Under the pieces are notes generated by a model. That model was given only the letters and a program-made list of their open reading frames with translations, made no database searches and was not told the DNA's origin. This document shows, in pieces, positions 18,235-27,426 of a stretch of DNA of 64,000 bases; position 1 is the stretch's first letter, and each line of letters starts with the position of its first letter. Source of the stretch: Gemmatimonadota bacterium (GTDB taxonomy: Bacteria > Gemmatimonadota > Gemmatimonadetes > Palauibacterales > Palauibacteraceae); the NCBI GenBank assembly GCA_963666735.1, contig OY762926.1, forward strand, positions 2,720,001-2,784,000, read 5' to 3'. A program made the translations under genes and the position numbers.

Positions 18235-20988
18235 ATGAGCAAGACAGGCAGGTTTGCGACGGTCGCTGGACTGGTGTCCGCGCTGGCGGTACCGGTCGCG
18301 GTCGAGGCCCAGCTTCCCGCGGGCATCACCGAGGTCGCGGGCGTCGAGGGCATCACGGAGTACCAGCTTGAGAACGGACTCCGCTTTCTGCTCTTCCCCG
18401 ACCAGAGCAAACAGCAGATCACGGTGAACATCACCTACCTCGTGGGTTCGAGGCACGAGGGCTACGGCGAGACCGGCATGGCCCACCTCCTCGAGCACCT
18501 CGTGTTCAAGGGCACGCCGGACCACCCGGACATCCCGAAGGAGCTCGACGAGCACGGCGCCTTCCCCAACGGCACCACCTGGTTCGACCGCACGAACTAC
18601 TTCGAGACGTTCCCGGCTACGGACGAGAACCTCGACTGGGCGCTCGATCTCGAGGCGGACCGGATGGTGAACTCGTTCATCGCGGCGGAGGATCTCGAAT
18701 CCGAGATGACGGTGGTCCGCAATGAATGGGAAGCAGGGGAGAACAGCCCCCAGGGCGTGCTCCAGAAGCGGGTGATGTCGGCCGCGTACGACTGGCACAA
18801 CTACGGCAACTCCACCATCGGGGCCCGCGCGGACCTTGAGAATGTGCCCATCGACCGGTTGCAGGCCTTCTACCGGAAGTACTACCAGCCGGACAACGCG
18901 ATCCTCGTCGTGGCCGGACGCTTCGAACCTGCGCGCGCGCTGGAGCTGGTCGCCGAGAAGTTCGGCGGCATCCCGCGGCCCGACCGCACCGGAGCCAATC
19001 AACTCTTCCACACCTACACGGCCGAACCCGCGCAGGACGGCGAGCGGACGGTGACGCTACGGCGCGTCGGCGACGTGCAACTCGTGATGGCGGCGTACCA
19101 CATGCCGCCGGGATCGCACGAGCAGTTCGCGGCCGTCGACGTGATGACGCACGTGCTGGCCGCCCGTCCGGCCGGACGTCTCTACCAAGCCCTCGTCGAA
19201 CCGGGACTCGCGGCCGGCGCCTTCGCCTTCAACTACCAGCTTAACGAGCCCGGCATGCTCCTCACCGCCGCCGAGGTGCGCGAGGAGGATTCCCTCGAGA
19301 CCGCCGCCGAGACGTTGCTGGAGACGGTCCAGGCGCTGGTCGACGAACCCCCGACCGAGGAGGAGGTCGAGCGCGCGAAGACCGACTATCTCTCCGGCAT
19401 CGAACTCGCGTTCAACAACCCGCAGGGGATTGCGCTGCAGCTGAGCGAGTGGGCCTCGATGGGAGACTGGCGCCTCTTCTTCCTGCACCGGGATCGCCTC
19501 GAGCGCGTGACCCCGGAGGCGGTACACCAGGTCGCGCAGGCCTACCTGAAGCCCTCCAATCGGACCATCGGTTACTTCTATCCGGCCGAAGAGACGCCGG
19601 CCCGGGCCGAGATCCCGCCGCCGCCGGACGTCGGGGCGCTGGTTGCCTCGTACACCGGACGCGAAGCGGTGGCGGAGGGTGAGGCGTTCGATCCGACGAT
19701 CGAAAACATCGAGGCTCGGACGGAGCGGTTCGAACTGCCCAGCGGCCTCAAGGTTGCGTTTCTCCAGAAAGAAAACCGCGGCGACGCCGTGAGCCTCCGC
19801 TTCACGCTCCGGCACGGCACGGAGAGCGCCCTCATGGGGAAGGCCACCGCCGCCTCCATGGCCGGATCCATGTTGATGCGGGGGACGACGATCCGATCCC
19901 GCCAGGACATCTCCGACGAGCTCGACCGGCTGAAGGCGCAGGGCTTCATCAACGGAAGCGCCCTCACGGCGGGCGGGTCGTTCACCACCGTGCGCGAGAA
20001 CCTCCCGGCTGTCCTGCGCCTCGGCGCCGAGATACTCCAGCAGCCGGCCTTCGACGCGGAGGAGTTCGAGTTGCTGCGCGAGGAACGCCTGGCTGGTATC
20101 GAGTCACAGATGTCGGAACCGCAGGCCCTCGTGATCCAGGCCTTCTCGCGCCACTTCAGTGATTACCCGGCCGATCATCCCCGCTACTCGGCGACTTACG
20201 AAGAGCAGATAGAGCGCCTGGAGGCCGCCACGGTGGACGAGGCGCGTGCCTTCTGGGAGGGCTTCTATGGAGCCGGGAGCGGTACAATGTCCGTGGTCGG
20301 CGACTTCGACGCCGCAGCGACCCGCGCGCTGATCGAAGAGCTCTTCGGGGACTGGACCGCGAGTGAACCCTACGCCCGCGTGCCGATACAGTACCGCGAC
20401 GTCGAAGCGCTGAGCCTGGACATCCAGACCCCGGACAAGGCGAACGCCATGATGTACGCGGGCATCCCGATTCAGATGCGCGACGATCACCCCGACTATC
20501 CGGCTCTGCTCCTTGGGAACCACATTCTGGGCGGTGGCATGAACTCGCGCCTCTTCAGCCGCATTCGGGGCGAAGAGGGCCTGTCGTACGGCGTAGGTTC
20601 CGGGTTCAACGCCCCGCCGATCGACGACAACGCGCAGTTCATCGGTTTCGCCATCTTTGCGCCGGAGAACGCGGACAAGGTCGTCGCGTCGTTCCGTGAC
20701 ATACTCGACACCACACTCGCCGACGGTTTTTCGGAGGATGAGTTCGAGTCCGCCAAGCGCGGATACCTGGACCAGCAGCAGAACGGTCGCACGAACGACG
20801 CCGCGGTCGCGATCATGCTGGCGAACGCCATGTTCGTGGGCCGTCCACTCTCGTTCACTGCGGACCAGGAAGCCGCGATCCAGGCGCTGACGGCCGAGGA
20901 AGTCGCGGCCGCGTTGCGGCGCCACATCGATTTGGCGAAGCTGACCATCATCCGGGGCGGCGACTTCGCCAACAAGCTCGTCCCCTGA
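18235..20988 (+). CDS. Secreted M16 (pitrilysin/PqqL-like) zinc peptidase
   Basis: Signal peptide, HLLEH inverted zinc motif, C-terminal R...GLSY. Confidence 0.92.
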   Translation: MSKTGRFATVAGLVSALAVPVAVEAQLPAGITEVAGVEGITEYQLENGLRFLLFPDQSKQQITVNITYLVGSRHEGYGETGMAHLLEHLVFKGTPDHPDIPKELDEHGAFPNGTTWFDRTNYFETFPATDENLDWALDLEADRMVNSFIAAEDLESEMTVVRNEWEAGENSPQGVLQKRVMSAAYDWHNYGNSTIGARADLENVPIDRLQAFYRKYYQPDNAILVVAGRFEPARALELVAEKFGGIPRPDRTGANQLFHTYTAEPAQDGERTVTLRRVGDVQLVMAAYHMPPGSHEQFAAVDVMTHVLAARPAGRLYQALVEPGLAAGAFAFNYQLNEPGMLLTAAEVREEDSLETAAETLLETVQALVDEPPTEEEVERAKTDYLSGIELAFNNPQGIALQLSEWASMGDWRLFFLHRDRLERVTPEAVHQVAQAYLKPSNRTIGYFYPAEETPARAEIPPPPDVGALVASYTGREAVAEGEAFDPTIENIEARTERFELPSGLKVAFLQKENRGDAVSLRFTLRHGTESALMGKATAASMAGSMLMRGTTIRSRQDISDELDRLKAQGFINGSALTAGGSFTTVRENLPAVLRLGAEILQQPAFDAEEFELLREERLAGIESQMSEPQALVIQAFSRHFSDYPADHPRYSATYEEQIERLEAATVDEARAFWEGFYGAGSGTMSVVGDFDAAATRALIEELFGDWTASEPYARVPIQYRDVEALSLDIQTPDKANAMMYAGIPIQMRDDHPDYPALLLGNHILGGGMNSRLFSRIRGEEGLSYGVGSGFNAPPIDDNAQFIGFAIFAPENADKVVASFRDILDTTLADGFSEDEFESAKRGYLDQQQNGRTNDAAVAIMLANAMFVGRPLSFTADQEAAIQALTAEEVAAALRRHIDLAKLTIIRGGDFANKLVP

Positions 20989-21030
20989 CGGGGTTCCCGG
21001 GCCCGCCGACAGGGGCGGCGGGCGGCCGGA

Positions 21031-23589
21031 TCAGCGGCCGCCCGTCTGCTCCCGCTCCACGTTCAACTGCGTAATGTCCACGGTCCAGCGCGTGTCGCCC
21101 AGCAGGTGCTTCACGAAGTACTCCGCGCGCAGCCAGAACCAGTAGTCGCTCATGTCCCCGTAGCCGTGCCGCTGGCCGGGGAAGACGAAGTAGTCGAAGC
21201 GCTTGTTGGCCCGGATCAGCGCCTCCGCCATGCGGTGCGTGCCGGCATGGTGGACGTTGTTGTCGATGTCCCCGGTCGTGAGCAGCAGGTGCCCCTTGAG
21301 GTTCGCGGCCAGGTCCGAGTTGCGCTCGATCTCGTACTCGAACGTCACGTTCCCGCTGTCGTCGACGACCTCGCGCACCCCGTGGTGCTTCTCCGACCAG
21401 TTCTGGTTGTACACATCGTTGTTGTGGTTTCCGGACGAGGAGACCGCGACCTTGAAGAAGTCCGGGTAGACGAGCATCGCCGCCGTCGACATGAAGCCGC
21501 CCCCGGAGTGCCCGTAGATGCCCACGCGGTCGATGTCGATGAAGTCGTGCCGGTCGACCAGTTGCTCGATCGCGGTCTTCTTGTCCGCCAGCCCGTAGTC
21601 GCGGAGGTTCCCGTACCCGTAGTTGTGGTACCACTTCGAGCGCGCCGGGTGGCCGCCCCGGTTCCCCACCGTAATCACGATCATCCCGAACTGGGCCAGC
21701 GCCGTCTCGTAGCGCGCGGTCGAGAACGACTTCGCGACCGCCTCCGTCTGCGGCCCCGGGTAGACGTAGGCCACGACCGGGTACGTCTTTGACGGGTCGA
21801 AGTCGAACGGCTTGTACATGACGCCGTACAGGTCCGTGACCCCATCGTCCGCCTTCACCGTGTAGGGCTCGGGGAATCCATACCCCGCCTCGTGCAGCTT
21901 CGAGAAGTCGGCGGTCTCGAGGTCGATGATCCGTCGTCCGTTGGCCGCATGGAGCGCCGCCGCCGGGGTCGTGTTGACGCGCGAATAGTTGCTGACGAAG
22001 AAGCGGTTCGACTCCCCCATCTCGACCCGGTGATCGAAGTCGCCGGGGTTCAGCAGCGTCAGCCCGGAGCCGTCCAGGTTCACCCGGTACACGTGCTGGT
22101 AATACGGATCCTCGCCCTCCTCGCGCGCGTTGGCCTGGAAGTAGACGACGCCGGCCGACTCATCGATCCCGACCACCTGGCGCACCGACCACGGACCCTC
22201 CGTGAGGCGGTTCCGAAGCGCGCCGTCCGGCCCGAACCGGTACAGGTGCGCCCAGCCGTCCCGCTCCGACCACCACAGCATGTCGCCCGACTCGAGGAGT
22301 TCGAGCCGCTGGAACTCCACGTAGGTGTTGAGCCGCTCCTCGAACAGCACGCGCGCCTCGCCCGTCGCGGCGTCCGCCACCATCACGTCGACGCGGTGCT
22401 GGTCGCGGCTCTGCCTCACGAAGTGGAGCTCGTCCGAGTTCTCCGCGAGCCACAGCGAGCGGAACGGCTCCTCGCTGTCCGGATAGCGAAACTGGCGCGC
22501 GGAGGTCGTGAACAGCCGGTGGTCCTTCCACTCCTCCGGCATCGCGACCTCGACCATGCCGCGTTCCTGGAGGTCGTAGATCAGGAGCTCGGGCTGGCTC
22601 ACGGTCTCCTCGCCCGGCATGTCGTATTTGTAGGACTCGAGTTCGGGCCGCTTGTTGCCGACCATGTGGATGACCCAGAGATCTCCCGTCTCCCGCCGGT
22701 CGCGGCGGATCAGGGAGAAGCGGCGTGAGTCATGCGACCACGAGATCGACACCCGCTTGCGCTCGTCCGCGTTCTCCTCCCGCTCGATGTCCGTGTCCCC
22801 GCGATCGAACACCGCGTAGCTGTAGTGCTCCTCGCCGTCCGTCGTGAGCTGGGTCTCCGCGACCTCGATCCCCTCCTCCGCCTCGTCCCCGCTCTTGCCG
22901 CGCCGCGCCTCGAGGAACTGCTGGTAGTCGTCGCCGCTCATCATGTACAGGTTGTGATGGCGGGCGAAGATCACCGTCTGCCCGTCGGGTGACACGCTGG
23001 CCCACGAGGGGTGGTTGTCCGGCGCCTCCCAGTCCTCGAGTTCGCGCAGCACGCGGGTGTTCACGTCGTACTCGAAGTGGAACACCTTCTTCCGGGCGCG
23101 CTGGCGCTGCTGTTCTCCCTCTTCCTCCTCCTCGTCAAGCTCCTCCATCTCCGATTCCGTCTCCTCCTCCTCTTCGTCCCGCGAGGACTCGACCTCGAAC
23201 TGGAGCGTGTTGGCGTCGATGAACTTGATCGAGCGGATCGGGAGGTGCCGGCCGTCCCAGGGATCGCGCGTGATGCGGGTGAGTTCGGCCGCGATCCGGT
23301 CGTTGTCGAAGATCTGGCGCTTCGTCCCCGCCACCGGATCCACGATGTAATAGAACGAGCCGTCCGAACTCTCCCATTCATACCAGAAGGACTCCGATTC
23401 CTCGATCCAGCGCGGATTGACGGAGGTGGAGTAGACGAGGTCCTGGATCTTGTAGGGCGCGAAGCGTGCCGCGAGACGGTAGTTCGCCGGGCCCTCGGCG
23501 GCCTCCTGAGAGGCGAGCGGCGTCGCGAGCAGGATCGCGGCGGCGAACGGGAGGAAAGGGCGGAGGCCGGCACGGTAGGCGGATTTCAT
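21031..23589 (-). CDS. Secreted S9B dipeptidyl-peptidase IV-like peptidase
   Basis: Signal peptide, propeller domain, GHSGGG nucleophile, DNNVH, H in QRHGY. Confidence 0.92.
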   Translation of the reverse strand: MKSAYRAGLRPFLPFAAAILLATPLASQEAAEGPANYRLAARFAPYKIQDLVYSTSVNPRWIEESESFWYEWESSDGSFYYIVDPVAGTKRQIFDNDRIAAELTRITRDPWDGRHLPIRSIKFIDANTLQFEVESSRDEEEEETESEMEELDEEEEEGEQQRQRARKKVFHFEYDVNTRVLRELEDWEAPDNHPSWASVSPDGQTVIFARHHNLYMMSGDDYQQFLEARRGKSGDEAEEGIEVAETQLTTDGEEHYSYAVFDRGDTDIEREENADERKRVSISWSHDSRRFSLIRRDRRETGDLWVIHMVGNKRPELESYKYDMPGEETVSQPELLIYDLQERGMVEVAMPEEWKDHRLFTTSARQFRYPDSEEPFRSLWLAENSDELHFVRQSRDQHRVDVMVADAATGEARVLFEERLNTYVEFQRLELLESGDMLWWSERDGWAHLYRFGPDGALRNRLTEGPWSVRQVVGIDESAGVVYFQANAREEGEDPYYQHVYRVNLDGSGLTLLNPGDFDHRVEMGESNRFFVSNYSRVNTTPAAALHAANGRRIIDLETADFSKLHEAGYGFPEPYTVKADDGVTDLYGVMYKPFDFDPSKTYPVVAYVYPGPQTEAVAKSFSTARYETALAQFGMIVITVGNRGGHPARSKWYHNYGYGNLRDYGLADKKTAIEQLVDRHDFIDIDRVGIYGHSGGGFMSTAAMLVYPDFFKVAVSSSGNHNNDVYNQNWSEKHHGVREVVDDSGNVTFEYEIERNSDLAANLKGHLLLTTGDIDNNVHHAGTHRMAEALIRANKRFDYFVFPGQRHGYGDMSDYWFWLRAEYFVKHLLGDTRWTVDITQLNVEREQTGGR

Positions 23590-23772
23590 GGCAAGACTCG
23601 CGGTTGTCGGGTAGAGAACGGGCGACGAGATCACGCCGGAGAACGTGGAGGAAGTGACGTCGGCCTGTCCAGATGGCCGCGACCGGCAGGGGCCCGGGCG
23701 CACCCTGCCGGCAGGAGCCGGTCAGGGCGACCGGCCCCGCACCGACAGGGGCTGAAGGGGATTCGCCGGCGG

Positions 23773-24180
23773 CTAGTCGCCGCGTCCGAGCATGATGCCG
23801 ACCGCGGCGCCGGCCGCGCCCCAAAGGACGGCCGTGACGACAACATCAACGACGGTCCAGGTGAGCGTCGAGATGTTCATCGTGCCCAGCATCACGAAAC
23901 CGAAGGCGATGGCGATGAGGGCGCCGACCTTGGCGCCCGCCTTGGCTCCGCCCGCGGCGTCCGTCGCGCCCGCCCAGCCGAGGACCGTGGCGAGCACGCC
24001 GCCCGAGGCGAGCTGGCCTACCGCGATCCAGAGGAAACTGGGAGACTCCTTCATGACGCCGGTGGCGGACCCCATGTTGGCTTCCATGAATCCCCCGAGC
24101 ACAAGCTCGTACAGCACGTAACCCCCCACGAAGAGGACGACGGCTCCGGCGACCGATGCGACGAGGCACTTCATGTTCAT
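23773..24180 (-). CDS. Small 4-TM membrane protein (DUF1761-like)
   Basis: Four hydrophobic segments; GGAGG RBS. Confidence 0.7.
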   Translation of the reverse strand: MNMKCLVASVAGAVVLFVGGYVLYELVLGGFMEANMGSATGVMKESPSFLWIAVGQLASGGVLATVLGWAGATDAAGGAKAGAKVGALIAIAFGFVMLGTMNISTLTWTVVDVVVTAVLWGAAGAAVGIMLGRGD

Positions 24181-24381
24181 GGCGTTACCTCCGCCTGAAA
24201 GTGCGTGGCCCCCCCTGACACGTCCCGTCCCCGATCCGGCGCAGGCTTGAGACCGAGCCTGCCGGATTGAGCATAGGAATCGCTAAAGGCAGCCGGCAAG
24301 AGAGGTTGACCGCAGGCGGTGAGGCTCGGAGTCGGGTATCCGTGCCGGCGGGTAGCCAACGCCGTTGGACAAGACGCAGAC

Positions 24382-24411
24382 TTGCGGTACTGTTGTGGGG
24401 GGGGGTAGAAT
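24382..24411 (+). promoter_or_regulatory. Sigma70-like promoter with a G9 tract in the spacer
   Basis: TTGCGG (24382-24387), 18 nt spacer including G9 (24397-24405), TAGAAT (24406-24411). Confidence 0.55.
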
Positions 24412-24497
24412 CGGTTAACCCCACTGTGAAACAGCTCTTGGCTCAACTCCGTGGCGTGGGCCGAACGGTGGTCACACCGAGGCGGAAGGTTGACTCA

Positions 24498-24722
24498 ATG
24501 CCCAGCTTGCGCACGACTCTTCGGACTCTCCTGCTCGCCGTCATGATTGCGGTAACCGGCGTCGCAAACACTGCGGTGGCGGCGAGTAGCGGATCCTGCG
24601 ACGAGGATTGTCCCTGGGACGGGTCAGGAACTCTGGTCGCCTGCAATGACGACGATATCGGTGGGGTCTGGTGCGAATACTCGGATCCGCACTACTACTT
24701 CAGTTTTGGCGGTAGCTGCTGA
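24498..24722 (+). CDS. Small secreted Cys-rich acidic peptide (74 aa)
   Basis: GGAAGG RBS; signal peptide ending AVA/A; mature SSGSCDEDCPWDGSGTLVACNDDDIGGVWCEYSDPHYYFSFGGSC. Confidence 0.7.
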   Translation: MPSLRTTLRTLLLAVMIAVTGVANTAVAASSGSCDEDCPWDGSGTLVACNDDDIGGVWCEYSDPHYYFSFGGSC

Positions 24723-24725
24723 GCC

Positions 24726-25778
24726 ATGGCTCGGCGATCGAACAATGTGATTTCCGTTCTGGCGTTTCGCCTTACCGTCCTCGGAAACGTCTGTCTGGCC
24801 GCTTCCGCCTGTGGCGACCAAGGGTCGGGGTCGCTTTATCGCGCGGTCACGCTTGAGCGCGTACGCACGGTAGTGCGTCAGGACGCGACTCCCGAGACTT
24901 CTTGGCTCAGCCGACCCTCGAATCTGATCCACGATTCAACCGAAGATCGGCTCCTTACCTTGGATCGAGACCGGCAGAGGGTGCTCGAGTTCACGACCTC
25001 TGGGGAGTTCGTCAGGGAATATGGACGACGGGGCGAGGGGCCGGGTGAAATGCGCAACGTCAAGACGGCGGCGGCTGTAGCTGGCCGCGTAGTCGTACTC
25101 GACCAGGGCAATAGGAAGATTGTCGTCTTTGATCGCGCCACTGCCCAGTTGGCACTGGAAATCCCTCTGCGGAATCAGATCCCGCAGAGCATGGCGGTGA
25201 TCGGCGACAGTCTCCTTGCCGTCGTTCCCGGCCCCGATGGGGCCCTGTTCGAACTGGTCTCTCCAGAAGGGGATCGTCGGGGCCAGTTCGGCGATGGTGG
25301 CTTTCTCGCAGGTGGTTATCCGGGCCATCTGGTCGCGCACATCGGTGACGAACGCCTCGTCGTGGTAAAGCCCTCACTTCCCGAGGGCAGGATCTATCGA
25401 CTTGACGGATCGCCGGTCGACATCTTCGTGTTCTCGGAACTGAGTCACGTGTTGTCCGAGTGGAGGGACCAGTTTACCGAGAAGGTGCGTCGGCGCATGG
25501 GCAGCCTCGGCACACGAGATCGTGGACGGATTGTCGCCGGACGGCTCTATTTCACCAGCATCGGCCCCACCGGAGATGGATCTTTCTTCCTGGTGGCCCC
25601 ACCGGAGAACCTCGATGTCGAACCGTGGGAGGTCTGGATTCTCGACCATCGAGGGCAAATCCGGCGGCGCTACGCGTTCGATCAACCGTGGATTGGCCGT
25701 TCGACTGCCTCCTTTCCGAGGATCTACGCGACCGGTCAGGGTGATCAGTACGGGATCTTTGAGTACCGGATCCCCTGA
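24726..25778 (+). CDS. 6-bladed beta-propeller (NHL/TolB-like) lipoprotein
   Basis: Lipobox-like ASAC; GEFVREYGRRGEGPGE motif; 3 bp after the peptide gene. Confidence 0.75.
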   Translation: MARRSNNVISVLAFRLTVLGNVCLAASACGDQGSGSLYRAVTLERVRTVVRQDATPETSWLSRPSNLIHDSTEDRLLTLDRDRQRVLEFTTSGEFVREYGRRGEGPGEMRNVKTAAAVAGRVVVLDQGNRKIVVFDRATAQLALEIPLRNQIPQSMAVIGDSLLAVVPGPDGALFELVSPEGDRRGQFGDGGFLAGGYPGHLVAHIGDERLVVVKPSLPEGRIYRLDGSPVDIFVFSELSHVLSEWRDQFTEKVRRRMGSLGTRDRGRIVAGRLYFTSIGPTGDGSFFLVAPPENLDVEPWEVWILDHRGQIRRRYAFDQPWIGRSTASFPRIYATGQGDQYGIFEYRIP

Positions 25779-25859
25779 CTTCATCCTCCACGTCCTGCTT
25801 TTGGCTTCGTTCGCTCTGGGTTTGCCCAGCAGCAAAGCTAAGCGAGCGCCGGAGCAGAA

Positions 25860-27350
25860 CTAAGGGATCGGAGGCTTCTGGTCGGCGGGGATGGGAGATC
25901 TCCAAGGCCGGCCCGCGGTGGACTCCCGGTGCGCGGCCTGCGCGGCGGCGAGCAGGTCCGGGTCGGTGAGGAGGTCCATTCCCGTCATCGCCATGACTCG
26001 CGCGGCGACATCCGCGGCGGCCGCCGCCCACTCGGTCCCGTGCGAGGCGCTCGTGGCCCACGAGTGCCACGGGACGCCCTTCGGAGCGGACGTCACTTCA
26101 AGCTGGACGGTCGGCGTGATCCAGCTCACCTCCGCCACATCGGTGGATCCTCCCTGCGCCGGGGTCGCGCGGGCCGCGAGCGGCTGTACGTCGACGTCGA
26201 GTCCCGCCTGCTCGATGTCGAGGCCGGCCTGCATGTCGCGGCCCCAGGCCTGGAAGGCGTCCGGGAATTGCGGCCCCCCGACGGCTTCCAGGTTGGCCTG
26301 CATCGCCTCCTGAAGCGGACGGTTCAGCAGCAGCGCATGGACGCCGGTGATGAGCGAGACTTCGTGCTCGGTGCGGGTCGCCTGTGCGGCGGCGGCGGCG
26401 ATGTCGAGCAGCCACTCGTAGTACTCATCGACGTGCGCGCGCAGCGTGTCCCGCACGTAGTACCACGCCTTCGCGTACTCGGGGACGACGTTCGGCGCCT
26501 CCCCCGCGTTCGGCATCACGTAGTGGATGCGGGTGGAGGGCTGCACGTGCTCGCGCATCAGGTTCGCGCCGTAGTTCATCATCTCCACCGCGTCGAGCGC
26601 GCTGCGCCCGTTCCACGGATCCGCCGCCGAGTGCGCCGCCTGTCCCCGGAACTCCACCGTGAAGTTGTTCATCGCCTGCGTCGAGGCGTTCGTGACCCGG
26701 GTCTCCGTCATGGGGTGCCAGACGAGCGTCGCGTCGACGTCGTCGAAAACCCCCGCGTTGGCCATGTAGACCTTGCCGACGACCGTCTCCTCGGCCGGCG
26801 TGCCGAACAGCCGCACTTCACCCGGGATGTCCCGGTCCGCCATGGCGCGCTTGATCGCGATCGCGGCGCCGACCGACCCCGCCCCGAACAGGTTGTGGCC
26901 GCAGCCCTGGCCGCTCGTCACGCCGTCCGCCCGGGCCTCCCGATGCGGCACCGGTGCGTTCCCGACGCCCGGCAGCGCGTCGTATTCGGCCAGGACGCCG
27001 AGCACGGGCCCCCCGCTCCCGTGGCGGAAGGTCGCGACGAACGCGGTGGGCATGCCGGCGACGCCCGTCTCGACCTCGAACCCCTCCGCCTCCAGCAGGC
27101 CCGCCAGGTATTCGGCCGAACGGTGCTCGAGGAGGGCGATCTCCGAGTACTCCCACAGCGTCATCGACATGTCCCTGATCTCGTCCGCCAGGTCGTCGAG
27201 CGCTTCCAGCGCCGCCATCTTCCCGGGCGACACGTCCCGCATGAGGGTCGTCGGAACCTGCGACGTCAGGGGAGCGGCGATGAGAAAGAGAACCAACGCC
27301 GCCACCCCTGCCGTGAACGACGTGTGCCTCGGGAGGGAGATCCTGAGCAT
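25860..27350 (-). CDS. Secreted M20 amidohydrolase, AbgB-like
   Basis: EYDALPG, GCGHNLFG, PAEE, WHP, GSTDV. Confidence 0.88.
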   Translation of the reverse strand: MLRISLPRHTSFTAGVAALVLFLIAAPLTSQVPTTLMRDVSPGKMAALEALDDLADEIRDMSMTLWEYSEIALLEHRSAEYLAGLLEAEGFEVETGVAGMPTAFVATFRHGSGGPVLGVLAEYDALPGVGNAPVPHREARADGVTSGQGCGHNLFGAGSVGAAIAIKRAMADRDIPGEVRLFGTPAEETVVGKVYMANAGVFDDVDATLVWHPMTETRVTNASTQAMNNFTVEFRGQAAHSAADPWNGRSALDAVEMMNYGANLMREHVQPSTRIHYVMPNAGEAPNVVPEYAKAWYYVRDTLRAHVDEYYEWLLDIAAAAAQATRTEHEVSLITGVHALLLNRPLQEAMQANLEAVGGPQFPDAFQAWGRDMQAGLDIEQAGLDVDVQPLAARATPAQGGSTDVAEVSWITPTVQLEVTSAPKGVPWHSWATSASHGTEWAAAAADVAARVMAMTGMDLLTDPDLLAAAQAAHRESTAGRPWRSPIPADQKPPIP

Positions 27351-27426
27351 TTCGATGTCCTTGTGCCTTGGGGTCACCGGGCGGCCGGGACGGACCCGCG
27401 CGGCACGGGACCACCCGCGATCCCGA

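Noticed and set aside
24190..24480. Possible ncRNA or riboswitch in the long intergenic region
   Set aside because: No recognisable conserved motif; a covariance-model search would be needed
24720..24728. Peptide gene ends TGC TGA GCC ATG in frame with the propeller gene, so Cys-Sec readthrough is conceivable
   Set aside because: Readthrough would bury the propeller's lipoprotein signal internally and I see no convincing SECIS; treated as a normal stop
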